Made by a program: the position numbers and the translations under genes
Notes under the pieces: generated by a model
Seen by the model: only the letters and a program-made list of their open reading frames with translations
What the model was told of the DNA's origin: nothing
Databases searched by the model: none
In this document: one piece after another, positions 21,660 through 32,264 of the stretch
Numbering within the stretch: position 1 is the first letter of the stretch
Layout: the number at the start of each line of letters is the position of its first letter
Source: an uncultured delta proteobacterium
GTDB lineage: Bacteria > Desulfobacterota > Syntrophia > Syntrophales > UBA2185
Direction of reading: 5' to 3'
Length of the DNA: 64,000 bases
Assembly: GCA_963729715.1 (NCBI GenBank)
Contig: CAVSPA010000004.1
Span: 128,001-192,000, forward strand

Positions 21660-22280
21660 TCACGTTTCTTTCAGATGACTGGTGTCGTTCAATAGAACGA
21701 TTGCGCCTTTTCCGAATTTGAACTCCACAAACGTCTTGGATGCGAGATCGACGTGCATCCCCCTTATGTGCAACATATCCGTGTTTTGAATCTTGCAGAT
21801 AATGGTTCTGATGGTCATGTTATGCGTAACCACGACGGTGTTTATTGCGGTCTCCGTAATTCCCGAGATAGCGCGCCATGCGCGTCTCTGAAGGTCATGA
21901 AGCGATTCTCCATTGGGCATGACGACGGACGCAGGATCATGTTCCCACTGCCTGAGAACGGATACATGCTTCTCCTTAAGTTCCTGTATCGTCAAATTCT
22001 CAAAATCACCATGGTTCATTTCCTGAAGGTCGCGGTCGGCTTCAATCACCGCACCATGAAACTTAGAGATAGCCTTTGCGGTTTCATAAGCGCGTCTTAA
22101 TGGGCTTGACACAATCCTTTCGATCGGCTCACCCTTCAGTGACTCTGCAAGTCTATGTGCCTGCATGCGGCCATAGTCGCTAAGCTCCGTATCGGTTATC
22201 CCCTGGACCCTGTTTTCCCTGTTCAACAGCGTCTCTCCATGCCTGACCAGAATCAGCTTCAAAGATGCGTCTCCGTGCAA
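21660..22280 (-). CDS. Histidine phosphatase (phosphoglycerate mutase/CobC-like) family
   Basis: LVRHGET, SSPLRRA, EMNHGDFE, GES, VVTH. Confidence 0.9.
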   Translation of the reverse strand: MHGDASLKLILVRHGETLLNRENRVQGITDTELSDYGRMQAHRLAESLKGEPIERIVSSPLRRAYETAKAISKFHGAVIEADRDLQEMNHGDFENLTIQELKEKHVSVLRQWEHDPASVVMPNGESLHDLQRRAWRAISGITETAINTVVVTHNMTIRTIICKIQNTDMLHIRGMHVDLASKTFVEFKFGKGAIVLLNDTSHLKET

Positions 22281-22283
22281 TCA

Positions 22284-25200
22284 TCAGATGATGCGTTCAA
22301 TTTCCTGCCTTTTGGCTTCGAGACGTTTTCTCGAAACGGGAAAGGCCGTCTTCAGCTCCTGGGCGAACAGCGATACCTTGTATTCCTCGATCATCCACCG
22401 GTATTCTTCAATCAGTTCCAATCGTTCATTTGACACACAGGCGCTCCCGCTACTTATCATATATTGAAGATTATCGGAAAAAATATTTACCTCTTTAACC
22501 TTTCCCATTGCTTTTTCCAGATGGGCAATTCCTCTTTCGGCGCGAATGCCGATCGCCTTAAGATACCTCATGACGTGGGTCAGTTTCTCGCCGTCATAGT
22601 GTATCAAAAAATCGCTCGGCAAGAGCTGATTCATCTCTCCCCTGAGGTATTCAAGATAGTCCAGTGCCGGTTTGTTTGCGCGGTTGGCGTGTCTGAGCTT
22701 TTGAAGAAATGTGGAAGTCTCGTAATAGGACTTTATGGCAGGTCCGCACCCAATCATTATATCCTGGCCGTGAGGCAGTATGCGGCTCCTGATGTCCTCT
22801 GCATGCCGGATAAATGCATCCCGTGATCTTATGTTTTTTGAAAAGAGATCATGTACCAGCTTATCAAGCATGGCTGTTTCTACCGATCTTGCACCGCCAA
22901 ATGAATCAGCCCACTTCTTCATGTCTCCGCTGAGACAGACAGACTTTTTCAGATGCTTAAGCTCGTTCTTGAAATAAATTTTGTAAAGTGCTGCTACGCC
23001 CTTCTTGTGCAATACCTCTGCCTCATGCTTGTTTTTGTATAGACGAACGTTGACACACCCGTCTGCCGCTTCGAGACCGGGGTATGCGTAGCCCTCCAAT
23101 TGGCCTCCGCTCTTAAGGGCGATGGCATCGGGGATATCCCCGAGGTCCCAGGTAGTGACGTCCGACTTTTCCCAGGATTTGCGCGCCTTCTCGAAGGCGT
23201 TTGACCGAGTTTCGGAGATAACGTCTTGCTGGAGGCGGCTGATGTCGCGGCTCGCAGTAAGTTCCAATCCACTGTCATCTATAACGGCAAAGCGCGGCAG
23301 CAAACGGTCGTCGACGGCATCTGTATTCCATGATGACGCAGGTATATCCACGCCGAACCTTTGATGGATAAATTTACCCAAAGCGGAGATGAGGGGGTCT
23401 CCGTCGTCCTTCATTTCGTCCATGATGATATCGCAGGTTTGTGAGAGAGGCTGAAGTTTTTTCCTGTACTCCTTCGGGAGCCCTTTCAAGAGGGCTGCAA
23501 TTCTTTCCCGCATGAGACCGGGAACGATCCAATCGGTGGAGGCTGTGGGAACGCTTGAGATCATATGAAGTGGAACCTTCACTGTTACCCCGTCTTTGGG
23601 ATGACCAGGTTCATAGTGGTAGTCGCATGTGAACCGATGACCGGCAAGAGTGACGTCATCCGGGTACTGGGCGAATTCATCCTCCTCCGGAATGCGCGCC
23701 AGGATATCTTCTTCCCTCATCCGGAGAAATCTGTCGCTGCCCCTGTCCCTGATCAGTTTCTGAAGGGATCTGGTGTCATACATTCCGGAAAGCCTTTGCT
23801 GATAGAAGCCTGCGAGCTCGTCTTCACCGGCAAGGAGGTTGCGCCTCCTGATTTTGTCCTCCATATGGGAAATTTGCTCGATCACTCCCTGATTGTGAAG
23901 CAGGAATGGGAAAGGCCTTCTCAAGTCCCCTTCGATGAGGGCGCTGCGGATAAAGATGTCAGACGCTTCATCCGGATTGATCGGCCCGTAAGAGACGGGC
24001 CTTCCCGTTACGATCACGAGCCCGAACAAGCTGACCTGCTCATAGGCGACCACTTCGCCGCGATCCCGGCTCCAGTGCGGCTCGGAATAGGTTCTTCGAC
24101 ACAGACTGTCCCCCAGTTCCTCGAGCCATTCCACCTTGATATTGGCGGCCGTGCGTGCAAACAGCCGGGAGGTTTCGATCATCTCCGCGGCGACAATCCA
24201 GCTTCCTCCTTTGCCGAATAGCCCGGAGCCGGGGAAGATCATCACGTCCTTTCCTCTTGCCGCCGCATAGATATTCTTTTCCTTCTTCATCGCTATATTC
24301 GAGAGATAGCCGCTCAGGATCGATTTATGTATGCCGTCGTAGAGTGGTTTATCATCTGCTTCCTTTCCCTTTCTTATTTTCCATCCCTGCTCTTCCAGTA
24401 TCGCCTTGAGCTGGTCGTAGACATCAGTCCACTCCCTCATCCTCCTTATGGAAAGATAATTTTCCCGGCAGAATTTTCTCATCCGGCCCTTGCTTTTTAC
24501 GGTTTGCTCCGTGCTGTGGTATTGATTCCAGATGCGAAGCAGGGTCGCGAAATCCGAGGAAGGGTCGGCAAAGCGGGCATGGACCTTATCCGCCTCCTTC
24601 TCACTTTCGAGAGGCCGTTCCCTCGGATCCTGGACGCTGAGCGCGGAAGAGATAATCAGGATTTCGTTCACACATCCTTCCCGCTCCGCTTCGATGATCA
24701 TCCGCGATATCCGCGGATCAATGGGCAGCCGCGCCATCATCTTCCCTCTTTCCGTCAGGGAATAGCGCCTGCCATCGCCCGAGTCTCGATCCTTTGTTTC
24801 TATTGCGATTGCCCCGAGTTCCCCGAGAATATCTGCGCCATCCCTGATGTTCTTCTGGTGCGGAGGATCGATAAAAGGGTACGTCGATATATCCCCAAGA
24901 TTGAGGGAAAGCATTCTCAGTATGACCTCGGCCAGGTTTGATCTGAGAATCTCCGGTTCCGTAAACAGCGGTCGGCTTTCAAAGTCGGCCCGATCGAAAA
25001 GACGGACACAAATCCCGTTCTCTACACGGCCGCATCTTCCCTTCCTCTGATCGGCACTGCTTCGCGAAATCGCTCTCACGGGCAGGCTTGTCGTGCGGGA
25101 ACGGGGGCTGTACTCGGAGATACGCGCCAGGCCCGTATCGATCACGTATCTGATTCCGGGAATGGTAATGGATGTTTCTGCAACATTAGTCGCCACCACG

Positions 25201-26147
25201 ATCTTTCTTCTTGATGCAGGTTGAAAGATGCGGCGCTGTTCCCTCCAGGGCAGGCGGGCAAACAGGGGAAGAACGGCGGCTCTTTGATCGAGCTTTGCCT
25301 CAATGAGCTGACAGGTTTCCCGTATGTCCCGCTCCGTGGGCATAAATATAAGAACATCGCCTTCCGACCTGCCGTCCATGATTTCTCCGAGCGCCGTCAC
25401 GGCGCAATCAACATAAGTTATCTCGCCGGATTCCTCAAGTTCATGGTCGAGAGGCTGGTAGCGAACGTCAACAGGGTACATGCGTCCGGAGACTTCAATT
25501 ATCGGGGCATGGAAGGCGCGCGAGAATTTTTCCGTATCGATGGTCGCCGACGTGATGATTACCTTGATATCCTTTCTTTTCCGGAGGAGCGTCAGGAGAA
25601 TGCCCAGCACAAAATCTATATTCAGACTTCTTTCATGTGCCTCATCCACGATGACGGTGTCGTATCTGCGGAGGTAAGGATCGTTCTGTGCTTCGTTCAG
25701 GAGAATCCCGTCCGTCATGATCTTTATGTAATTGTTTCTGCTTGAGCGGTCTTCAAAGCGGATTTGATAGCCAACGGAGCGGCCGATCTCCTCGCCGAGC
25801 TCTTCTGCTATGCGGTGGGCCACGGTCACGGCTGCCACCCTTCTGGGCTGGGTGCATCCTATGATACCGAAACGCCCTCGTCCGGCCTCAAGGCACATCT
25901 TCGGTATCTGCGTCGTCTTTCCTGATCCGGTTTCTCCGGTTATGACGACGACGCGGTGCTGCCTTATGGCCTTGACGATGTCATCCCGTCTTCCCGTAAT
26001 CGGCAGGGCTCCGGGGTAGGTGATCCGGGGCATATTGCGGAGACGCAGGGCTCTCTTCCCACAGGGAGTTTCAAGTTTATTCTGCTTCAAAATGCGCTTA
26101 TCAATCATGTGTGCGGCATTATTCCATGAAGTTCGCCTATATGTCAA
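22284..26147 (-). CDS. hrpA: ATP-dependent RNA helicase HrpA
   Basis: GETGSGKTTQIPK, TQPRRVAA, DEAHERS, SAT, QRKGRCGR, C-terminal EEYKVSLFAQEL. True start probably downstream of 26147. Confidence 0.96.
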   Translation of the reverse strand: MTYRRTSWNNAAHMIDKRILKQNKLETPCGKRALRLRNMPRITYPGALPITGRRDDIVKAIRQHRVVVITGETGSGKTTQIPKMCLEAGRGRFGIIGCTQPRRVAAVTVAHRIAEELGEEIGRSVGYQIRFEDRSSRNNYIKIMTDGILLNEAQNDPYLRRYDTVIVDEAHERSLNIDFVLGILLTLLRKRKDIKVIITSATIDTEKFSRAFHAPIIEVSGRMYPVDVRYQPLDHELEESGEITYVDCAVTALGEIMDGRSEGDVLIFMPTERDIRETCQLIEAKLDQRAAVLPLFARLPWREQRRIFQPASRRKIVVATNVAETSITIPGIRYVIDTGLARISEYSPRSRTTSLPVRAISRSSADQRKGRCGRVENGICVRLFDRADFESRPLFTEPEILRSNLAEVILRMLSLNLGDISTYPFIDPPHQKNIRDGADILGELGAIAIETKDRDSGDGRRYSLTERGKMMARLPIDPRISRMIIEAEREGCVNEILIISSALSVQDPRERPLESEKEADKVHARFADPSSDFATLLRIWNQYHSTEQTVKSKGRMRKFCRENYLSIRRMREWTDVYDQLKAILEEQGWKIRKGKEADDKPLYDGIHKSILSGYLSNIAMKKEKNIYAAARGKDVMIFPGSGLFGKGGSWIVAAEMIETSRLFARTAANIKVEWLEELGDSLCRRTYSEPHWSRDRGEVVAYEQVSLFGLVIVTGRPVSYGPINPDEASDIFIRSALIEGDLRRPFPFLLHNQGVIEQISHMEDKIRRRNLLAGEDELAGFYQQRLSGMYDTRSLQKLIRDRGSDRFLRMREEDILARIPEEDEFAQYPDDVTLAGHRFTCDYHYEPGHPKDGVTVKVPLHMISSVPTASTDWIVPGLMRERIAALLKGLPKEYRKKLQPLSQTCDIIMDEMKDDGDPLISALGKFIHQRFGVDIPASSWNTDAVDDRLLPRFAVIDDSGLELTASRDISRLQQDVISETRSNAFEKARKSWEKSDVTTWDLGDIPDAIALKSGGQLEGYAYPGLEAADGCVNVRLYKNKHEAEVLHKKGVAALYKIYFKNELKHLKKSVCLSGDMKKWADSFGGARSVETAMLDKLVHDLFSKNIRSRDAFIRHAEDIRSRILPHGQDIMIGCGPAIKSYYETSTFLQKLRHANRANKPALDYLEYLRGEMNQLLPSDFLIHYDGEKLTHVMRYLKAIGIRAERGIAHLEKAMGKVKEVNIFSDNLQYMISSGSACVSNERLELIEEYRWMIEEYKVSLFAQELKTAFPVSRKRLEAKRQEIERII

Positions 26148-26531
26148 TAATCTGACGCGTTATGAGTTATTCTGCAAGCGCGGCAGGCGTGAATATTCAG
26201 TATTAACGACTGGTGCAGCGACTCTGGCATTGCGCTACAAGTGCCTCCGATTTTTATTCCCCGAGCGTCGAAAGCCGGCTGGGTATGTGTTTTTCCGCCT
26301 GTGGCAGCCTGTCTGCTGCTCAGCCTTTGTTTCTTAAGCCGTAATACTTCAGTTTACAGCTATCTCAAAAAGTTATATAGTAATCATGACCAGGCAGGAA
26401 TATTGCAGGAAAAAACGGATATCTAAGAACTCGATTCGCGCATGTCGGCCGGAAAAGAGTTGGGAATGATTCCCATCCCCGGAGCGGACGGGAAGACGGG
26501 CAATGCCGATGAGACAGAGAAGGGTTTTGAA

Positions 26532-29234
26532 ATGCCGCTGACCACATTTTGTTTTCACCTCCATCAGCCTTTCCGTCTCCATCCGGAAAGAAATGAATTT
26601 TTGTGGGAGGAAAAGAACAGGGATGTTTTCATCAAGGTCTCGGAAGAGTGTTACCTCCCCGCCATATCTATGTTTACGGAGCTTATCTCGCGCTACAGTG
26701 GGTTCAAGATTGCCTTCAGCATGTCAGGTACATTTCTCGAGCAGGCCGAACTTTACGAGCCCGACGTAATCAAGAGCTTACAGGGATTGGTTGATGCGGG
26801 AAGGGAAGGACGCCAGGTAGAATTGCTCGATGAAACCTATTATCATTCTCTCACGAGCCTGTTCGCTGATCCCCAAAAGCAGGAGTTCCGGGACCAGGTG
26901 ACGCTTCACAGGGAACAGATCCATAAACTGTTTGGCGTTCTCCCGACGGCATTCAAGAATACGGAACTCATGTACAACAACAGTATTGCAGAAGCCGTTT
27001 CCGATATGGGGTATCTTGCGATTCTCTGCGAAAAGAGAGACGACATGTTCGTTGAGAAGAGCGGCCCCATTTCTTCCAATGCGGTCTTTAGGGCCAAAGG
27101 AAGTAATCTGATTGTTATTCCGAGGAACAGGGAATTGAGCGATGAAATCGCTTTCAGGTTCCCTTATGTCTATGTTTCTCCGGATGAGTATGCATCGCGT
27201 ATAGCGAAAGTCGAAGGCGAAACTGTCTTGTTAGGATATGAGCTGGAGCACATAGGCGAATACATACGGGAGGACAAGGGCATATTCGAGTTCTGGAGGG
27301 GATTGCCGGAAGCTCTCTTACAATTTCCGGATATTATTATGAGCAATCCATCGGAGACAGCCGGACGTTTCTCGGATGCTGATTGTCCGGTCATATCCAT
27401 TCACGATTTATCTCCATCATCATGGGATGATAAAAGGAGAGATACTTTCGGATGGCTGACCAATCCCACACAGGAGGATCTATTCAGAGACATTGAAAGT
27501 ATGGAGAAGGATGTGAGAAGAGCCGGCGGAGAGCTTCTGACCAAATGGCGGCAGTTAACCGCCTCGGAGCATCTCTATTTCCTCCATGAAAAGATTGGTG
27601 AAGATCATGCGGTTCATTTGTATTTTAATCCGTATGATGGATCGATGGGCCAGCCCGCTCATATATTGACGAGGAAGATAGATGACATCCAGATGCTCAT
27701 AAAGAGATTCCATATCTTAAAACATGGCGGTAAGACGGCTCTCTTGATGATAACGCCGGAAACCGCAAGACTGCCGCAAGACATGGGAGCTCTGGCAAGA
27801 TATATTACCGGGAAAAGCGGGGGGCAGGGAGAGGTAATTTCCGCGTTGTGCGAAGGTCTTACAGAGAGGGGCATTGACGTCCATTTGGTGACCTTAAATC
27901 TGAAAAAAAGGTTTCAGAGAGAAATGCATTTGGATGAGCAGCAGTGGCGGGAAATAAGGTACAAAATCGATCCCGAAAAGATTCACCTTATCAGCTCCGC
28001 CATTTTTGCTGACAATTTCAGCGCCTATTCCGGCGATCCGCTGATGACCGCAGCGGAATTTCAAAAAGAGATCGTCAATAATCTGATCAAGGACGTCAGG
28101 GCAAAGCACGGAGGCAGGATTATCATCCATAGTCACGACTGGATGGCGGGAGGCGCCATAACTGCCTATGCCAAGGCCACCGGAATACCCGTTCTGCATA
28201 CAGTCCATAATGTGTTTACGGAAAACGTGCCTATAGATCTGCTCAGGGGGATCAGTCTTGCAAACATTGCCGACTACGTCTTTTTTTCGGAGCACGAAGG
28301 CAAAAAGGCAATAGACTGCCAGGCGACGGCCATAAAGAATGCGACCATTGTCAATTTTGTGGGGAAGAGATTTTTGGAAGAAGTCGTAGACGATTACTTC
28401 ATGGACAGGGTCCTTGTGCCTCCAAGTGTCCGCCAGGAAGTGAAGGCAAAATATTACCAGGACTCTGCCAAGGCCATTATCAATGCTCCTTCCCGCGCGA
28501 TGTATCCGGAGCATTGTGAATACTGTGTGAGGACGTACGGTCCTGAGGGTCCGTTTATGGAAGCAAAAAAAGAAAATCTCCTTGAATTTCAGAAGAGGAC
28601 GGGGCTCCAGATAAATCCGGATGCGATTTTATTTTTCTGGCCTTCGAGGCTCGATCCTTTCCAAAAGGGAGTGGATCTCTTGGAGCACATTGCGCAGCAT
28701 TTCGTGACCGTGAACGGTGATGCGCAAATTGCGATTGTCGCTGATGGTGTGGGAAATGATCGTACGCATGCGGATATTTTGGGGAGAATAGCCTGTGCAT
28801 CAAACGGCAGAATTTCCTACCAGCCCTTCAGTGAAAGTCTTTCCATGCTGGGGTACGCCGCTGCGAATGATGTATTCGGCGCCTCACTTTATGAGCCTTG
28901 CGGGCAGATCGATCAGATAGGAAACCTCTTCGGGGCCACGGCCACCAACCGCGATACAGGCGGGTATCATGACAAGATAAGAGAGCTCAGGCTCAAGAGG
29001 GACGGCTCTCCCCATGATGTAGGCAATGGTTTTCTTTTCAGAGATTATGACCCGGCAGGCTTGTGGTACGGTTTGACTAGGAGCATTGCCTTTCACAGAA
29101 GAACTTTAAAGATCAGGGAAACGCAGATTAAGCGCATCATGAATGAGTCACGTGAAAGATACGACCTCGGCAGCATGATTGCGGAGTACGTCAGAATCTA
29201 TGAGAGACTGAACAGTGGGCGTCCCCTCGCGTAG
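26532..29234 (+). CDS. GH57 glycoside hydrolase domain fused to a glycogen/starch synthase (GT5) domain
   Basis: N-terminal HLHQP, ETYYHSL, FKNTELMY (GH57); C-terminal KSGGQG, HSHDW, SRLDPFQKG, SLYEPCG, TGGYHD (GT5). ATG 26532 preferred over the track start 26442. Confidence 0.85.
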   Translation: MPLTTFCFHLHQPFRLHPERNEFLWEEKNRDVFIKVSEECYLPAISMFTELISRYSGFKIAFSMSGTFLEQAELYEPDVIKSLQGLVDAGREGRQVELLDETYYHSLTSLFADPQKQEFRDQVTLHREQIHKLFGVLPTAFKNTELMYNNSIAEAVSDMGYLAILCEKRDDMFVEKSGPISSNAVFRAKGSNLIVIPRNRELSDEIAFRFPYVYVSPDEYASRIAKVEGETVLLGYELEHIGEYIREDKGIFEFWRGLPEALLQFPDIIMSNPSETAGRFSDADCPVISIHDLSPSSWDDKRRDTFGWLTNPTQEDLFRDIESMEKDVRRAGGELLTKWRQLTASEHLYFLHEKIGEDHAVHLYFNPYDGSMGQPAHILTRKIDDIQMLIKRFHILKHGGKTALLMITPETARLPQDMGALARYITGKSGGQGEVISALCEGLTERGIDVHLVTLNLKKRFQREMHLDEQQWREIRYKIDPEKIHLISSAIFADNFSAYSGDPLMTAAEFQKEIVNNLIKDVRAKHGGRIIIHSHDWMAGGAITAYAKATGIPVLHTVHNVFTENVPIDLLRGISLANIADYVFFSEHEGKKAIDCQATAIKNATIVNFVGKRFLEEVVDDYFMDRVLVPPSVRQEVKAKYYQDSAKAIINAPSRAMYPEHCEYCVRTYGPEGPFMEAKKENLLEFQKRTGLQINPDAILFFWPSRLDPFQKGVDLLEHIAQHFVTVNGDAQIAIVADGVGNDRTHADILGRIACASNGRISYQPFSESLSMLGYAAANDVFGASLYEPCGQIDQIGNLFGATATNRDTGGYHDKIRELRLKRDGSPHDVGNGFLFRDYDPAGLWYGLTRSIAFHRRTLKIRETQIKRIMNESRERYDLGSMIAEYVRIYERLNSGRPLA

Positions 29235-29419
29235 CATCAAGGATCACTTCATATACATTATATTTCAACGAATCACATCTATGACATCCTGAAAAGCGGC
29301 TTTTCTCTTGACTCACAGCCATCTTTTTCTTTACACTTATCGGGTAAGGAGCGATTCCACTCAGATGTTAAACGCTCTATCACGCTTGCGAACTATCAAA
29401 GTGGAAGGCTGATTTAGAA

Positions 29420-29995
29420 ATGACAAGGTACGTAGTTTGCATCGTCTTTTTTCTCATGGCATTGATCCACCCGCCCCAATCGTTTGCCGATATCTACAGG
29501 TGGACAGACGCAAGCGGGACAATACACATTGCGGATGACCCCACAGACGTACCTGCCCAATACCGCAAGAATTTGAAAATCACGGAAGGAATGGAGGAAG
29601 CAGGGAAGGGCGAGGACATCCCTTTTGAGAGGACGTCGTCGGGGCTGATCCTGGTTGAAGCCGTGCTTAACGGCGGCGTAAAGGCCAGGATGGTATTTGA
29701 CACGGGTGCAGATATCGTCGTGATAACCGAGGAGCTGTCTAAGAAGTTGAGGCAGAATATTTCCCGAGGCGGCGAGACGATCAAACTTCATACAAACTGT
29801 GGGGAAGTGAGAGGCATATCTTTCGCAGTTAATAAAATCGAGCTCGGCAATGCAGTAAAAGAGAATGTGAGGTCGGTTATAACACCGGATGATTTTGCGC
29901 TGAGCGGCTTTGAGGGTCTCCTGGGTCTCAGTTTTCTCGGAGATTTTAAGATTACTGTGGATTATCAAAAAGGGAAAATCAGGATAGTCAAATAG
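29420..29995 (+). CDS. Exported DUF4124 + retropepsin-like aspartyl protease
   Basis: Signal peptide, ADIYRWTDASGTIHIAD (DUF4124-like), FDTGA, GLLGLSFL. Confidence 0.85.
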   Translation: MTRYVVCIVFFLMALIHPPQSFADIYRWTDASGTIHIADDPTDVPAQYRKNLKITEGMEEAGKGEDIPFERTSSGLILVEAVLNGGVKARMVFDTGADIVVITEELSKKLRQNISRGGETIKLHTNCGEVRGISFAVNKIELGNAVKENVRSVITPDDFALSGFEGLLGLSFLGDFKITVDYQKGKIRIVK

Positions 29996-30102
29996 AGAGA
30001 ATCTGGCTCGTGCGCCGTATGAAGAATGATCTCTCCACGTTTCATGAAGGGAGCGCCGTCCGAGGAAAGGAAATGTTTAATAACCGCGGATAAGTAGATT
30101 AT

Positions 30103-32133
30103 TCAGGGTGTCCGACGGAGGACCAGCGCTGTACGGGTCGGGAGATAAACGGTGGCTCGATTGCGCATGGCGCCGTCGGGAAGTGGCATGGGTCGGGTAA
30201 GGTAGGTCTGTAGGGGCTCGATGCGGCCATGTCCGCCGAAAGCCTTCGTATCGCTGTCGAGGATCAGATTATATTGGCCGGGATGAAGATCAACGGGATA
30301 ATCGGGGAACGACTGCGCAGGATTGAAGCTGAAAAGGAAGACAAGGCCGGCACGCTCGAATCCCAACAACTGATTCTCCTGATGCTCCAGGATTAAGGTT
30401 ATCGTCTCCGTATCGAGAAGGGCGTATTCGGACGCGAGACGCATCATGGCCTTGTCGAATTCGGCAAGAAAGCGGTAGAGAAGACTTTCGTCATCGCGCA
30501 GGTTCCACTGGCGGCGCGCATATCTGTGCGACCAGTTGTTGCCCTCACGGGGGAAATCGATCCATTCCGGATGGCCGAATTCGTTGCCCATGAAGTTCAG
30601 GTAGCCGCTGCCGGCGGTAGCCATGGTAACAAGGCGGATCATCTTGTGCAAAGCCACGCCGCGCTCAACCCTTAAATTGGACTTAAGCACGTTCATGTGA
30701 TCATACATGTCCGCATCTATGAGCCGGAAGATAAGTGTCTTGTCGCCAACAAGCGCCTGGTCATGGGACTCAACGTAGCCGATGGTCTTCTCGTCCGCGC
30801 GGCGATTGGTGAGTTCATGATACAGGTTTCCCATAGGCCACTGCTCGTCAGGTATCTCCTTGGCAACCTTAATCCAGTAATCGGGCACACCCATAGAGAG
30901 ACGATAGTCAAAATCGTAGCCGCCTTCTTCGCTGGGTACGGCGAGCCCCGGCATGCCGCTTACGTCTTCGGCAACGGTGACCGCACCAGGATTCACGGTG
31001 TGTATGACTTTGTTGGCCAAGGTGAGGTACACCAGGGCGTCATCATCGACATTCTTTCCGAAATAATCTTGGTAGGATGAGAATATCCTCTCCAAGCCAT
31101 GGTCGAGATAAAGCATGCTTGTCACACCGTCGAAGCGGAATCCATCGAAATGGTACTCATCGAGCCAGAAGCGGCAGTTGGAGAGGAGGAAATGGAGGAC
31201 TTCAGGTTTGCCGTAGTCGAAACAGCGGGAATCCCATGCCCAGTGGAAGCCCCGCGGGCCATTATGAAAATACTGGTAAAACGTGCCGTCGAAACGGCTG
31301 ATCCCTTCTTGCTCATTGCGGGCCGCATGGGAATGCACGATATCCATGAGTATGGAAATGCCCGCTCCGTGCGCGGCATCGACCAGCGCTTTCAGCTCGT
31401 CCGGCGTGCCGAAGCGAGAGGAGGCGGCAAAAAAGCTGGAGACGTGGTAGCCGAAGGAACCGTAATACGGGTGTTCCTGGATGGCCATAAGTTGGAGGGT
31501 GTTGTACCCGGCATCGACCACGCGGGGCAGGATTTTTTCCCGGAACTCGTCAAAGGTTCCAATCTTCTCCTCAGTCTGGGCCATGCCTACGTGCGCTTCG
31601 TAGATCCTCGGCGCTTCCGGAGAAGGAGAGAACGATTTCTTGCGCCACTGATATGCTGTGCCGGGTGCCCACACTTGGGCGGCAAACAGTTTGGTATGCG
31701 GATCCTGGACCGTCCGGCGGACATAGGCGGGAATACGCTCGCCGTGTCCGCCAGGCCAATGGACAGATAGTTTATAAAGCTGGCCGTGGTTGAGTCTGTC
31801 GCCGGGGAGCCTCAGTTCCCAGTTGCCACCTTCACTGATCCGGCAGAGGGCAAATTCCGGTTCCTTGCGCCAGCCATTGAAATCTCCAATCAGAAATATG
31901 GCGGCGGCATAAGGCGCCCACTCGCGGAACACCCATTGGTCACCTGCGCGATGGAGACCGAAGTATTCGTGGCCGGAGGCGAAATCCGTGAGTGACATGC
32001 TGCCGCCCGTAAGGCGCCGCTCCATCGCGTTGATTTTTTCATACCTATCATGGAGCACTGATGCAAAGGGTTTAAGGAAGGGATCGCGGAGGATCATATT
32101 AGCAGTGTGGTCGACTTTGCCTTTTTTCTTCAT
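30103..32133 (-). CDS. glgB: 1,4-alpha-glucan branching enzyme, eukaryote-type (GH13_8-like)
   Basis: FREWAP, MAIQEHPYYGSFGYHV, GFRFDGVTSMLY, AEDVSGMP, ESHDQALVGDKT, YLNFMGNEFGHPEWIDFPR. Confidence 0.93.
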   Translation of the reverse strand: MKKKGKVDHTANMILRDPFLKPFASVLHDRYEKINAMERRLTGGSMSLTDFASGHEYFGLHRAGDQWVFREWAPYAAAIFLIGDFNGWRKEPEFALCRISEGGNWELRLPGDRLNHGQLYKLSVHWPGGHGERIPAYVRRTVQDPHTKLFAAQVWAPGTAYQWRKKSFSPSPEAPRIYEAHVGMAQTEEKIGTFDEFREKILPRVVDAGYNTLQLMAIQEHPYYGSFGYHVSSFFAASSRFGTPDELKALVDAAHGAGISILMDIVHSHAARNEQEGISRFDGTFYQYFHNGPRGFHWAWDSRCFDYGKPEVLHFLLSNCRFWLDEYHFDGFRFDGVTSMLYLDHGLERIFSSYQDYFGKNVDDDALVYLTLANKVIHTVNPGAVTVAEDVSGMPGLAVPSEEGGYDFDYRLSMGVPDYWIKVAKEIPDEQWPMGNLYHELTNRRADEKTIGYVESHDQALVGDKTLIFRLIDADMYDHMNVLKSNLRVERGVALHKMIRLVTMATAGSGYLNFMGNEFGHPEWIDFPREGNNWSHRYARRQWNLRDDESLLYRFLAEFDKAMMRLASEYALLDTETITLILEHQENQLLGFERAGLVFLFSFNPAQSFPDYPVDLHPGQYNLILDSDTKAFGGHGRIEPLQTYLTRPMPLPDGAMRNRATVYLPTRTALVLRRTP

Positions 32134-32264
32134 CGGGTGTTCCTGGCTATTATTGAGATAATTATCGCGAAAACCACTCTAGGCCTCTTTGAAAAAAAGC
32201 GGAGGCGAGGGTGGCTGTTCAATTTCTTCTTTGACGGCAAACGTTCGGAAACTTGCGGTCACCC

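Noticed and set aside
29414..29968. 184-aa antisense ORF
   Set aside because: Shadow of the aspartyl protease gene, which has clear motifs.
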